Shown here in pieces: positions 1 through 34,621 of a DNA stretch of 64,000 nt. The stretch lies in contig NC_135250.1 of the NCBI RefSeq assembly GCF_964204865.1, forward strand, positions 7,688,001 through 7,752,000, written 5' to 3'. This stretch comes from Styela clava (Eukaryota). Both the position numbers and the translations under genes were made by a program. Positions within the stretch are counted from its first letter, which is position 1, and each line of letters starts with the position of its first letter. The notes beneath the pieces are model-generated. The model was not told the DNA's origin, ran no database searches, and saw only the letters and a program-made list of their open reading frames with translations.

Positions 1-3000
1 CAAGACAATTTATCATCGATCATTACACCCAGAAAGCGAGTCTGATTAACTCTTTCTATATTTATTCCATTTAATTCCAAATTTTGTTGCAGAGTTGGAC
101 ACTTTTGCTTCGGCGTGCTAAATATCATATATTTAGTTTTATCGACATTAATAGTGAGTTTGTTCGCAGACAACCAAGCTTGAATATTTTCTAAGTCGGT
201 ATTTGCTTTAGTCAAAAGTTCAGGCAAGTTTTTGCCTCGAAGATATGGCGTTGAGTCATCAGCAAAAAGTATGATATCAGAGTGAAGAAGAGAATTTGGA
301 AAGTCGTTAATAATGATTGAAAAACATAATGGAGCCAAAATAGAACCTTGTAAAGTACCTACAGTCAAATTACAGTATATGCTAGATGCTACATCATTGT
401 ATATAACTACTTGTTTCCTTCCTGATAAGTAGCTTTTAAACCAATTATAACTCTGACCTCTAACGCCAATATGGTGCAATTTGGCTAGTAATATGTCATG
501 GTCAATACTATCAAATGCCTTGGAAAGGTCCAAGAACATACTGAGAGTATACTCATTCTTATCAAATCCTTCTAGAATTTTACTGACAAGCAGGGATGTT
601 GCATGAGATGTTAATGGATTTTGACGAAAGCCAAATTGTTGTGAATAGAAAAAATTTTTTTGGTCTAGGAAATGGTTGAGTCGTTTGTACATAATTTTTT
701 CTAGAATTTTTGAAAATGCGGGAAGTAAGCTGATCGGTCGGTAGTTTTTTACATTTTTTGCATTTCCTTTTTTGAACAATGGCATAACTTTGGATAATTT
801 GAACTGGTCTATGTATTTACCAGATTGTAATGAGCAGTTAAAGATATGTGCGAGAGCACAAATACCATTCCAGGGCATCATTCGTATAACTTTAAAGGGA
901 ATTCCATCTATTCCACAACTGGTTTTGGGTCGAAAAGATTTCAGAATATTTTGGACTTCGAAAGCTGTTGTCGCGGCAAGAAACATGGAGGTTTTACTGG
1001 GATGCCCCATATATTGCTTAAAGTCATCCCTTCTAGTATGAGTAAACCGTTCGACCATTTTATAAAATGCGAGTTAAAATGATCTGCTATTTCGACAGGA
1101 TCCGAGGTTTCCTGGCCATTAATAGGAAATACTTTTGTTAGATTTGGTTTAGAACGCCCAAGCAGATCGTTCATAGTACGCCAAGTTTTCTTAAGATCAT
1201 TACGATGTCTACCTAGTAATGACTTGTAATAATTTTGTTTCTTAGCAGTTATCAATTTCTCATATTTTTTCTTGCATTCTGAATATTTAAATTTGGTCTG
1301 CTCTGATTTTTCAGTAAGATAGTTTTTGTATAGTTTATGCTTTTTTTTCTGCATTTTTAAGAGTTCCTTGTCAAACCATTTATTAATATTTTTAATATTT
1401 CTTTTCTTCAGAGGGAAGCAAGTTTTAAAAGATTCAGAAAAATACTCATTAAAAATTCTGAAGGCTATATCAGGATCTGTTTTGCTGAACACAGCAGAAA
1501 AGTCACTTTGTTCTAACATGAGTTTAAAATTATCTAAATTTGAGATATTATATTGCCTAAAGCAGTGGTTCTTAAACTTTTTGAGCCGCTCCCCTTTGAA
1601 AATATTTACAAACTTCGCGCCCCCCCTATTTTTGCTTTGAAAAAATGCTTTTGTGATGGGCAGGTTGCTATTTAATGAGATGGCACTACAAGAGTGTTGG
1701 TCTCATATCGTCATTGCTCAGATTGTTTAGGCATAAAACGCTTCGGAGTACAACTTTGCCATTCACTGTCGTATGTATAAAGCCAAATAATGGTTGGTCA
1801 TCATACATTCTCGTATTTCCCCTCAGTTTGTAATACCTGGTAAAGACAAACTAAGTTTTAAGTAAAACTAAACACGCAATGAACCTATGCTTTAATGTAT
1901 TTTCTGCTTAAACGTTTACATAAGAACTTAAAATTTCAATCAATTGTTTACTTCATCACTATTGAGAGATGCCAAAATTATTTACTGTGTGTTAAAAATA
2001 AGCAACAATTACAGACTTCTTGGCTTGCGTAACGTTTCAAACAAAATGGAGAAGTACAAATGAATTTATGTAAATTTAAAAGCAGTTCATTTTTTAATAG
2101 TTTTTATGAATGTGGACGTTTCCTCGGCCCTTGACCACTGAAAAATAAAGTCGCTAAGGCGTTTGCTATTGCATTTTGTTTAAATCGCGATTGTTTTCGT
2201 AAGCGTGGCCCGCTATGCCGTAAAAATCTTGATTTTGGTGTTTTTTCTCCCTAAATCAGAAATTTCCCTCAACATATTCTTGTGTCGCGAAGACGATTAT
2301 AATTACTTTTTTTATTTTCGAATAGAACCATGACATCTTTGAGAAAAACGAGTTAGTTTTTATTATATAATCATCAGCGACGAGATGCTAAAGATAGAAT
2401 AAAGTAGTGAATCTGCAACCAAATATTTCTTTATTGTAAAAGCGAGATTATAAAATACTAAAAATAAAACGGAAAACACCATGAGTTTTGTTTTTGGGTG
2501 GACCGCGACAGATTAAAAACACTTTCTTAGACATTGCAAATCTCATGAATTCCTTGTGCCTGCGGCACACCAGTAGTGTTCTAAAACTACCGACTTGAAA
2601 TAAATTTTACTCCGTGGGATTTTATCGTAGACTAAGGAATTAATCGAGCATTACGATAAAGCGGAGTAAGAGTTGCAGGGACAGCTCATAATGGTGACAT
2701 TGGCAAGAATACAAATCAAAACAAAATGTAATCGGGCACTTTGCCACACATTTTTATGGTTGCGGATTACCGTGGTATTTTGGAGTAGTGGTGCTTTTAT
2801 TTTATCGACGCAATCGCAGATTTAATTTATCACAATCAAATGAATAAAGCAACCATTTTAAATGAATATTTTATTCAACACGAAAACCATTACATATCCG
2901 TTGACAAAGTGGGCTCTTATAAGGACTGGCGTAATGTCGAGGACAGACTCAGGATTCGTACCGCGGGGATTTCGAGTCGATGAATATGTATTTTAATTGT

Positions 3001-3695
3001 ACTAAATTAAGTATACTTTCTGGGATATTATACCAGATTTTTCTAATGAAGTCAACGAATTCGCATCAGTGCAATATATATCAAAACGAAATATAATCGG
3101 GCAGTTGATCACACTTTGATATGTCCGCGGATTGGCGTGGTATTTTAGATCGGTAATGAGTTTATTTTGACATGAGTCGCCGCAACCGCGAGTTACCTTG
3201 AACACAAATGAATTAAAATAGAGAGACATTTTGAATTTTTTTAGTTATTACGAGACAGAAAAAATTATCATACCACGAAAAAGCCGGTATTTTCAATGAA
3301 CGCGGAGACCGTTTTAGGAGCCGTTACATGTAAATTTCCGATTCCATCTTGTGACCTCTTGCGCCCCCCCTGTGAGCATCTCGCGCCCCCCTAGGGGGGC
3401 GCGCCCCCCAGTTTAAGAACCACTGGCCTGAAGTATTCGTTTTCTGCCTTGCGAAGTTTTTTTCTTAATGGAATGCAAACCAGGACTGGCAGGTGGTCTG
3501 AAATAGGATCCACTATTATTGCACTGCGGGGTTTACAATCAAAGATGTTTGTCCAAACATGGTCAATGATTGTAGAGCTGCTTTGAGTGATTCGAGTTGG
3601 CTTTGACACCACAGGGTAAAATGAAGCCGAATTCATCAGCTCACAAAATTCATCTACAGTCTTATTTGTTTCCAGAAGATTATAATTGACTTGAT
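1..3695 (-). mobile_element. 5'-truncated non-LTR retrotransposon (CR1/L2 group) ORF2, endonuclease C-terminus plus reverse transcriptase, interrupted by a hAT element and running off the left edge
   Basis: Minus-strand translation gives the APE tail (KPTRITQSSSTIIDHVWTN...ISDHLPV) and RT motifs SCGIDGIP, NYRPISLLPAFSKILEK, QFGFR, LDLSKAFDSIDHDILL, GTLQGSILAP, LFADD and RFLGVMIDDKLS. There is a frameshift near 1060. The frame reads through (AENEYFR|QYNISNL) once 1563-3433 is removed. Confidence 0.92.
1563..3425. mobile_element. Non-autonomous hAT (Buster/Charlie-type) DNA transposon inserted in the LINE
   Basis: 15-bp TIRs CAGTGGTTCTTAAAC / GTTTAAGAACCACTG. 8-bp TSD GCCTAAAG (1555-1562) / GCCTGAAG (3426-3433). 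A decayed BED-finger-like transposase N-terminus lies on the - strand at about 1650-1830 (FGFIHTTVNG...VLCLNNLSNDDMRP, with stops). Confidence 0.88.
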
Positions 3696-4364
3696 TTGAA
3701 GACGATGAAGACAAATTAAAACATTCTCGAATAAATAATTGGCCTGCAAGAGTTAGACGAAGATTTCCAGATAGTGAGTCTCTGTAAAACACCGGGCATA
3801 GTTGTGCGACTAAGACAGGACAGTATTTTTTTCAATGTCCATCGGTATCGATCGCTTTTGAGGAGAGAAAGTTCATTATCAAATCCAGAGCTAAAGTGAG
3901 TAAGCGTTCGAATCGTTACATTTTCAGGCCAATCGCGTGACTAATAAGTGCAAACGAGGACTTGTACCAACAGTTATGACCCAGTTTGTACAGTTTCTTT
4001 GTAAACCACTATTACTATGTCAATTGCCGCCACAATAAACCGGTGGCGACAGTATTTTAGACACGCTACGTAAAATAGCACTGAATAATGCACAAATATC
4101 TATTCAACCTGATAAATCGAAATATTCTGAAATCGCTCTCAGGATTATCAGGAAATATTTTATTTATAAGTATGATCTTCTGTCGTAGAAGTAGTCAGAC
4201 AAACATAATGATAATTCTAACAAAGTTCAAGACGATCTACTTCGGTATTGGTTTAACTTCCTCGGGTAGTATGAAAATAATCACTGAATGACCGAGAAGA
4301 TAAATGACTTTCAGCCTATATGACATAGGCGTACATTAAAATAAGATTACATGAGTTACTGATC

Positions 4365-4372
4365 TGACGTCA
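4365..4372. promoter_or_regulatory. Full CRE palindrome TGACGTCA in the likely GRB2-A promoter region
   Basis: Exact octamer, with an inverted CCAAT (ATTGG at about 4411) nearby, in CpG-retaining DNA about 1.4 kb upstream of the ATG. Function is inferred only. Confidence 0.35.
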
Positions 4373-5822
4373 CTGGGTGAGCGCACATCTTTTGGTACTT
4401 TTCTTTATTTATTGGTTGAATTTTGTACCGTTACGATGTTTTAAATCTTACATGAGGTTTTGTTTGCCCATCTGATTCGTTTCTGAGATACATCTGACAA
4501 CGTCATCTTGCGGATATGGAAGTAATTTCTGGACTGCGGTTCATCACCGGCGGTCTGTATGGGGCAGGCTAACAATATCAGAATATAGCGCAATTTTATT
4601 CCGCAGACTATCGCCGTAGTCTATGCCGGATTCGACGATGCTTTCATATTTTTTTAATAAAAGGTTATTATTATTAATTAATAGGAACGGAAATGGAGCA
4701 TTTCTATAATGAAATGAATAGCTGCATGGGCTACGTACATGTACGGTACGGTAACAGTGTATATATACGAGGGGATATGACGGTTACCGGTACCTAGTCT
4801 CACTTCAGCACTTAGTAATCAAATTATGCCATTTGCTCTTACAGTCTTAAGTAAAACAGTTACGGTAACCGAATACAGAATACCGTAGCGTTAGCATTTG
4901 ATGAACAGATGAATGAGACACCGTACCTAGCTTGCACGCATAGTTCGGTTAACTTAAAATGTCATTTTTGCGTCTCAGTTGTATGTTTTCAGTCCCTCAG
5001 TCAAAAATTCGCCAATTGTCAGATTGTGGGCTCTTGTATAATATAACCGTAGTACCTTAAATACTTAGGGGGCGTAGCATAACTATTTTTGCACATGGCA
5101 ATCCTGACCCCCACCCCCCTACGCCATCTAAATATTACGACGCAGTATAGGATTGAACCCGACTTCAATCTGGTCCAAACAATGGGTAAAATAAACTTTT
5201 TTTAACTTGTTCAGAATGGCTCAGTTCTCCGATTCCAAGATGTTTCGACATTTGATTCAATAAAACTAAAACTTAGTTATACTCTGAAATGAGGGTGTCT
5301 GGCATGATGGCGGATGCATCATATTGCGCCATGCTTGTCTTGATAAAAAATTTTAAATTAATCGCGACTCGCATGACCAAAATTGCGTTTTTTTTACTAA
5401 AAATTGTAGAATGCTAAAGTCGATTTTTTTTCTATTGGTAAATCAGAATATTTTTCCTATGAATCCAATGTTGACGTCTTTAGATTGCGCTTACTTCTAG
5501 TTATTTTTTGGGGGGTTGATTGCGTAGTGCCGATTTGCTAATATGGAGACCCAGATGGTCTTGTAAATGAGGGGTTCGCACACACTGTTATTATTGGCGT
5601 CTTTAAAATGGGGTCTATTCTTGGAATCGAAGAACTGTGCATACTTTTAACATGCCTATTTCTTTTCCATTTAAACTTACTACACTGAATGTTTCATTAT
5701 ATGCTCAGGTGTATCAAGTTGGAATAGATTAATTCTGTACGTGTGGTCAAAGTTTTTACTTGTTGTATGGTTAAAGTCTCATTGGATTTAGTGGTTTGGT
5801 TGTCGATTCTCGGAATATCATA

Positions 5823-23394
<17,572 letters not shown>

Positions 23395-24449
23395 TAATCC
23401 TAAAAATCGCAGACAAGAAAAAAAAATCAGGGTGGACTATAATAATCCATGCTTTTTTTACACTTGTTAGGATTTGTTGGTTCGTGAAAGCATGTGCATG
23501 GATGAGTCGTGCCTCACAGGTACGAATCATCCATGCACCATGCTTGAACGAACATAAACTGGATATGAAAATTCAAATATTATCTCAAAATAATTTTCTG
23601 AAATTGACCTGACAGTTAGTATTTCACCCTGAGTGATCCATTTTTAGCTCTTTAGGTTTTTGAATGTCCAATTCCAGCAGACGAAGAAGCAATTCAAACA
23701 ATTGTATGCAATATACTTTGGTGTAAGTAGGCACCATAATTTTTAGAAAGCTTTCTCTATTTCCAGAGTGTTTCGGCATAGTTGATAGCATAATTTCAGC
23801 ATGTACAACATTCTAATTGCCATTTTTATATTAAAAAGTCGGCAGTCACAACAGCCTGCCAAATAATATAACTCTGTCTGTACTAGAATTTTTTTTGAAA
23901 GGAAGAGAGTTTTAATGGTTTTTGAGTTTTTTCATCGAGAAATATATTGGGTAGATCTACGTATCTTCTTTCTTAACCATACCAATCAACTTTGTGAATG
24001 ACTTTTGAGTTTTGGTATTCCTATGTTATACTACAAAAAAAATTGTAAAATTGATGCTAGATTTTCTTTTTTACTGTTAGGATTTCTTGTTCTCTCAAAT
24101 TGATTCATTAATATTATTCTCTCATTCATAATCTCGTGTACAGTTCTCATCTAATTAATTGTTATTATGTCTGTTCTTGTTTCTCTTTTCCTCATTTATC
24201 AAATTATGAATGATAATAATGATATATTGTAATTTAGAATACTTATCACCGTTACATATGTCGATTCTATTCTTGAATTTTTTATTTCTCTCACTCATTT
24301 CAACTCATGTAAAATGACTCGAAAGTTTGTTAACGACAAAATCTCAAAATGAGGCAGTTTTTATGTCTCAAATCTATCGGTTTCATTCCCTTCATCTGGA
24401 AAACATCAACTTGAACGGATATTATAAAATGTTTCGAATAAGCTGAAAA

Positions 24450-24680
24450 CAGTGGCGTATCTAGGGTGTGGCAGCCATGGCCGGTGCCAAGGACGCCGTT
24501 CGAACAAGGAATAAACTATTTCAAATTGGAAATAACCGAAACTAGTATTTTTACTCAAATGGTAACTCACAAGTATCTCATTTCAATAACAGTCATTATA
24601 AATTGTCAACCAACTATCAAGAGGGTGGGGCGCCTTTTTGAACTTTACAATGGGCGCCAATTTGAGTAGATATGTTACTG
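24450..24680. mobile_element. hAT-type MITE downstream of the GRB2-A stop codon
   Basis: Ends CAGTGGCGTATCTA ... TAGATATGTTACTG (imperfect TIR). TSD GCTGAAAA / GCTGCAAA. Confidence 0.7.
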
Positions 24681-26470
24681 GCTGCAAAATGCGGTAAAAA
24701 ATTAATAAAAAATGCTTAAAGAATTTGGTTTATTAAAATCACTGTTTGATTTCACAAATTTACTTAAAATTCAACATAAATTATGATAATTCTGCAAAAT
24801 AATTTATTTAGGACTCTGGACACGAATATGTATGTATTGGTAAGCCTATACGTTAATCATTGAAAATGTGCTAGTTGGAAGAAGTTATCAAAATCATATC
24901 TCCCTGTTTTGAGGAGTTTCACTTACCTCCAAACTGCACTGTTTTAAAATAAAATATCACTCTATATAATTTGCTGTATTTCTTGACTTTTTGTGAACGA
25001 ATCAGTTTTTAATATAAGAATTTTCAACGCCTTGCCAATAATGACCATGAAAATCAAAGCATATTCTATATGAACATCCTTATTTCCATGTGTTTCATAT
25101 TTATCAATAGGTGTATGCTTGTCACCATCAAATTGGTATGAGATATGGATCCTGAGTGTATTTTTATATATGCATATCCAGCCTCTTAATAATTCTTAGT
25201 GATCTACTTATATTTTCATTTGCATATTCCGAAAAATCTATCATGTTTTAATTTGGTTATGTATTCCAATAATTTCTGCCGGCAAACTAGGTGATTGTAT
25301 GTAACTCAGTCAAAGGTTGAATTGTATAAGCTATTGTTGAATTTGAATACTAGATACTTTAAATATTTTTCAAACATGTTTCATGTATTGTTTGTCGATC
25401 ATGAATTTGATACGGATAATTTTTTATGTGGGACTGGTGAAGTAAAAATAAGTTTTTTCAGGTTACACGTTACAGTGTCCAAATACAGCAATATGTCAAT
25501 GGGGTGATTTCAACAATTTTAATTTCACAGTACACTGTCAAGGATTCTTTTTGAGATTTGGTTTTCAGTTAGGACATTTTTAAAGCTGCCGCTTGGAGAT
25601 GGTCGAATCTTGTTTACAAATGACTTTATTGCCTTCTATTATAAACTGCTATGGTTATAGTTGCCACAAAAGTTGTCTCAATAATACCATGTATAGTGAT
25701 AATTGTAAATATAATATTTGTGTATTATTGTACATTGAGCTTATGATATATAGAGTGAGTTGGTGGCAGTGTCCTGATAACTAATGAAAAAGGTGGTTAT
25801 GAAATTGCTCTGTTTAAATCATGGTTACACGCTCTCCCTAGATAGAGAAATGTTATTTGTATGAGAGTTTTTGTTGTAATGTGCCTGGTCATGGTGAATT
25901 AAGACGAGATTTAACGCTTTTTGGGAGATCCCGGTGCATTTTAGGTGAATGTATAAGTGTGATGTGGTCGTTACTTCTCGCTTTTTCTATTAAAATCGGG
26001 TAGGAGTATACATATTTGATACACGAATAATTTTTGTTTGTGTATTTTATACAAGCTATGAAAATCGCAAGCGCTAAAACAGCCACAAGGCGATAAGAAA
26101 GATAATTTTATATTTATCCCAGGAATATCAGCCTCCGACCGCCTTCGTACGGCGAACAAGGCCTTTCGGCAGATTCCGATCAAATCAGGGTGTGAAAATG
26201 CTAGTCTATCAATTATTCGATTCTTCACATCCCTTTAAATCCCTCAACAAGCATAAAGTACACATTAACGATCAACGAAATAAAGTTTTTTTTAAACGCA
26301 CGAACAAAAAGTTTGGGAACCGCTTGTTTACGTGAGAACTGCGTCATGTGTCTGTCTGATTACAAAAGTTAGGGGAAAATATTGGAGCTGTGTAGTGTCA
26401 TTTTTACATATATATTTACATTTATTAAAATGGGCTTTATGCAGCATCTTTTTAGATCGTTTAAATGGTT

Positions 26471-29748
<3,278 letters not shown>

Positions 29749-32329
29749 TTTAGTACTCGTATTGGATGTATTTAAATATATATAAATTTTATATATATAT
29801 ATATATATAAAGACAAACTGTAAAATATATGCAAATTCATTAACATGTCGAAAGTTATTGTATACGCGCAGATAGCTTTTTTCTTAACTCTTATGTAATT
29901 TCAAGCGAATTCTGAAAAAAATAACAAGTTGTACATGGGAAGGTACAAAAATGTATGGAAGCCAGAGAGCGAAAGTATCATTACTTATGAACACACAGAT
30001 CATTTCCATACGTACCCGAATTAAGCCGAGTTTCAAATTCCCCAGATTCCGAAAAAAATCCAAGTCATTTCATTGTCCCAGTTGTTTTTCAGTAAAAAAG
30101 ATCGGTGAGTTATTATTATCGACAAAACGTAGTGCAACATCATTATACGAAATACCAGCAAAATTACAATAATTCATAATGCAGTAGTAACAACCTCAAA
30201 AAATCATAATTATGAATCATATGATATTTCTGATTGTATGACTTCGTAACACTATATTCATATATGTTCAAAAAACCTTCACAAACTTAAACGTACTCGC
30301 AAGAATGAGAGTCAATTGAATACATTGATGCAAAACTACATAAGCAAAATGAAGAATTATTTCTTTTCGACATTTTTAATAGAGACGGGAGTTTGCTGCT
30401 TCACTTATGAGTGTGTATACACAACCAAAATGTTTTATGAATGAAACACTAATATATATTCTTTATGGGTCGTTTCACATAGTCGCTGCAAATAAAGACG
30501 TAGGCTACAATCAATCACTGATGAGCAATATTACAATATTAGCAATTTGTAGAATGACAAAAGTGTTTCCGATTTGTAATAGCTCTGCACATTACATTTA
30601 ATAAGAGGTGAGAAGTGTAGAATTTAAATGTGAGATTTTTAACTTACGATATTCGACATAATTGAGATCATCGAGTTTATCACCTAGGTCTCCAATAAAT
30701 TAACTTTGTCTTGAAAATAGTCAATCAAGTTCTTATTAACCAAATAAAAACTTCATATCAGTCGCAGTCAACTTTTCTCGCAAGCCATCTCTTTTCTAGA
30801 GTATATATATATATAAACTGGTATATCCAACTATCGTCAAACCCACATATATCCAGTTTTTCATCTATATAGCCCATTATACTCAAATGCCCTAATTACT
30901 GTTTAATTACAGTGGACTAGCTTTTAATACCCAGAACAGAATAAATAAATAATAGTGTCATTGTTTGCTACGGGGGAATATATATTATTCACCATCCATT
31001 AGAATATTGCGACGCCCTTCGGCATATTGCATCCGAATTCAATTTGCGGTCCACTACATCTAATCACCCTAATGAAATTAAATCATAATGATGTTATGCT
31101 GAATACCCGATTCTGGATAAAATTATATATATTTGTGTGTGTGTGTGTTATTGCCTGCCTGCTATTTTTTGTCATATAACCCTAAGAACATCGAATATAA
31201 TCTCGTTGCTACGCTTTGGAGCACTTCGCCTTGCGTGTCATGCTCATGCTTATAACAGAATATACATCCTACATTTCGACACATAATATGAGAGTAATTT
31301 AGACTACACACAAATATATTAGAAGCAGATCAGTACACTACAAATAATTAAAATTATAACGAAGCAATTCGCTATGTGCATTTTATTGGGGACGTCAATT
31401 TCTACTTTACCTTCCACAATAAAATTATGGTCTTTTACAGTGTAGCCTACACGTGAGTTAATTGCATGAGTTTTCCGTCCGCAATCATGATTGTATCCGA
31501 AACAAACGACCATTTGAAAACCAAAATTAGGTATGAAATCGTTTGTCGTAAGTGTTATTAACATCATAAACGTAACGAGCATTGTTAGTTTGAGAACACA
31601 AAAGCGAAAATTGCTAATTTCTATTTTGAATCCTGGTACAGCTAAATTCTTCATTTTCCATTAGGCTATACTATAAAGTCACATTATTGAATATTTTTCC
31701 GTATGAATATCCAAAACTAAATTCTAATTCGAAAATCTTTTTTATAGACTATCTTTTATATAGATTATTGTGTGTTGCACGAGTTAGCAGCGCCCTTGTA
31801 TATATTTGATATAATGTTGCTGCCTATTATCTAATAACACCCCTTCAAAATAAATTTATTTGATTTATTATTTTTTCGCTTTTCTATTTCTCTTTCATCG
31901 TCACAAAGTTGTCAGTCAAATCTATCCTTTTTATTAGTGCGTCGTTACGAAAGTGTCAATCGATTCTACTTTTGGCTAATTTGTTAGGATAGAATGACAT
32001 GTAATATTAATCCAATAATGATATTTGAATAAATGTATTTATAACTAACACTATTCATTTTCCCACGACGCAAATGCTAATCTATACATCTTTTCCATAA
32101 CGTGAGTCATTTTGCTCCTATCTTAATCAAATGTTTCGTCAATCAAATCAGATTAGACTTTCCTAATATTACAGGGTTGTGAGGTTATTTTTTTAGTTCG
32201 TCGTTAGGTTAGGCTATCGCTGCAACTTCTAACTTATAAATAAATATGAATATAATGCAAAATAAATATGAATAAATGCCAAGCATTTTGCCTAAATCTA
32301 ATGGTAATTGCCAGAACTTTCCTATGCAA

Positions 32330-33250
32330 AATCAAGGGTTTCAGTGGAACCCAAGAAATTTTAAAATGTTGGGTATTTCTATATGTGAAAATGATGCTGA
32401 CTTTTATACTGTTAACCTTTTGCCAAAACTTCAAAAAATAAATGTGGTTGCACAAATGTGGTCCAAAAGAAATCTTGATTTTCTTGGAAAAATCACTGTT
32501 ATCAAGTCCTTAGTGTTGAGCTTACTGGTCTATGTAATATCTGTCTTACCAGTAAGACTGCCCAACAATTTTATACCAGAAGTGAATAAGATATGCTATG
32601 AATTTTTATGGGGTTCAAAGTGGGAGAGAATTAAACGCAATACATTACGTGCATCCATAAAGGAAGTTTGGAATGATGTGGAATCATTTTTTATCAGTCA
32701 AAAACTAAGATGGGTTAAACTTTATTTTATGGAAATGTATATCCAGATGGAATGTTTGTTAAAAACATTACTTCAAGATGTTTGAGAGATACCCTTTACT
32801 ATTGGTATGTTTTCAAAACCAAAGTTATTAGTGATGTGAATCATTTGCATGAACCACTGTGGTTTAATAGGAAGATATCCTATCGAGGAAAACTTTTTTA
32901 TTTGGATAATTGGATTAGAAAAAAATACATATTTTATTGTAGACATCTGTGATTCTAAACAGCAAATTGCAATGTTTCCAATTTTTTTCATCATTATTGC
33001 TTTTCTGATTTTTTATAATAACATACAATCGTATTTAAAAATTTTAGCATGTATACTCCAAGCATGGAAAGAAAATTTATTGAAAACACCTCAAGCCAAT
33101 CCTCATCGTAATCTAATCGAAGCTATTAAAAGCATTGATAAATCTTCCCGATATATATACTGTATGATAAGCTTCGTAATGTAAAAATTTTGATTCCTAA
33201 TGAAAAAATAGAAAAATGGTTAAAAGAATTGTGCAAGAACTTAAGATAAT
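32330..33250 (+). mobile_element. Decayed Tx1/L1-clade LINE ORF2 fragment (post-RT region)
   Basis: ORF 32276-32785 contains KMLGI...WSKRNLDFLGKITVIKSLVLSLLVY...FLWGSKWERIKRNTL. It continues after frameshifts as EPLWFNRKI...DNWIRK, which is typical of Tx1/L1 ORF2. Confidence 0.8.
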
Positions 33251-34621
33251 TGGTTGACGCAGTATAAAAAAGTTTTTGAATAGCCACTTGAAGAATGCCA
33301 GCCACTTGAAAGACTTAGTTAAGTTAGTATGCTATACCGTGGCAAAGAAGAGTTATTGCTTTAAAATTTCTCGTGTTGCTTCTTAACAAAATTGACAATC
33401 AGTACTACGGTACGTTTGAGGGAGTTTATATGATGACATATGTATATAATATAATATCTTCACGGACATATTACTCAAATGTGTTTAGTTGGATACGGGG
33501 TCGGTTGGGTTTACCAATAAGCATGGCAGGCTGAAGCTTTAAAACATTGGCTAATCAGTAAGATATCGATGGTGACGTAGTAGTATATATTTACGGTACC
33601 GGTACAATAGGTATTTTAGCAGCCGTTCAGGCACATTGACCACTTGGTCATATTTTCTGGTATGGTATGGTAATAAGAATGAATGTTTCTCCGAGCATCG
33701 ATTTTTTTTGTTCATTGCCGTAACAATGACCAATCAGCAATATGTCAACAATGACGTAACAATTGCTATTTGTGGGACCGCTCAGCCCCAGATACCAACT
33801 TGTGACAACAGTCAAAAAGAAGCATCAGAGGAAGAATTTGTTTAGGGTCAAGGGTCGGAGAAGCACTGATTAGTGATTACCCAAAGTGACTTTGTGAAAC
33901 GGCAATGGCATTAAATGCCTATCATGTTGTTTAATGTCATTGGTGAAACTGATTACTGTACCGAACAACTTCAGCACTTTCTGCGTCAAAAATTTTTCAA
34001 CAGCGAAGTCGCGAACGGTCGTTTTTAGTTAAGATAAGTTTTGTTTCGACTCCATAATCAGCATAAAAGGCGATAAAATGATTGATAAAACCTGATTATG
34101 AAATCAGGAGTGCAAACAATTGACAAAAAAAAAACAAGCACAGGGCTATAATATACCGGTACCGTAGTTAGAAAAAAGAGAGAAGCTTAGATAAATTATA
34201 CCGGTATGGTAAACAAAAAATAAATGGATACGTAAAAAAATAAATGATTAAAAATGTACCGGTACCGGTACCGTAATAAAAAGAAGAATTGTTTGCCACA
34301 CCATTTTAATTAAAATTTAACTGATTAAAATTGGTGTCAAATGCCAAATTGCTGAATTGCCCAACAAAAGTTGAGTGAATGAAGAGGTGGGCTAAACCGC
34401 TTCATTCACCAATGAAATGCCAAAATATTGCCAAATTGTAGTCCAGATTACATCAATTACAACATTGCTGCATTGCAGCAATTAACCATCGTTATGAAAT
34501 TACAGAATTAACGTTTTGTTGTTGTGTTCTCACATCTGGACATTGTTGACCAGTTAATGCAGTGACAATATGATCAATATTATTTAGATTTTAATATAAC
34601 ATTCAATCACATTAGTTCAAT

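Noticed and set aside
772-1640. Plus-strand ORFs 772-1041, 846-1082 and 1326-1640
   Set aside because: They are antisense shadows of the LINE ORF2.
5700-5822. Acceptor-like site at 5708 as a possible spliced-leader trans-splice site for GRB2-A
   Set aside because: It cannot be told apart from an ordinary 5' UTR cis-intron without transcript data.
25880-26330. CpG-richer patch with small hairpins between the converging GRB2 3' ends, considered as an ncRNA
   Set aside because: No recognisable RNA family or Pol III boxes. It is more likely a decayed non-autonomous repeat.
31319-31654. 111-aa minus-strand ORF with hydrophobic ends
   Set aside because: No recognisable domain, no convincing splice context and no paralogue in the window.
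32276-32785. 169-aa ORF as a host gene
   Set aside because: Its motifs and downstream frameshifts mark it as a Tx1/L1 remnant.
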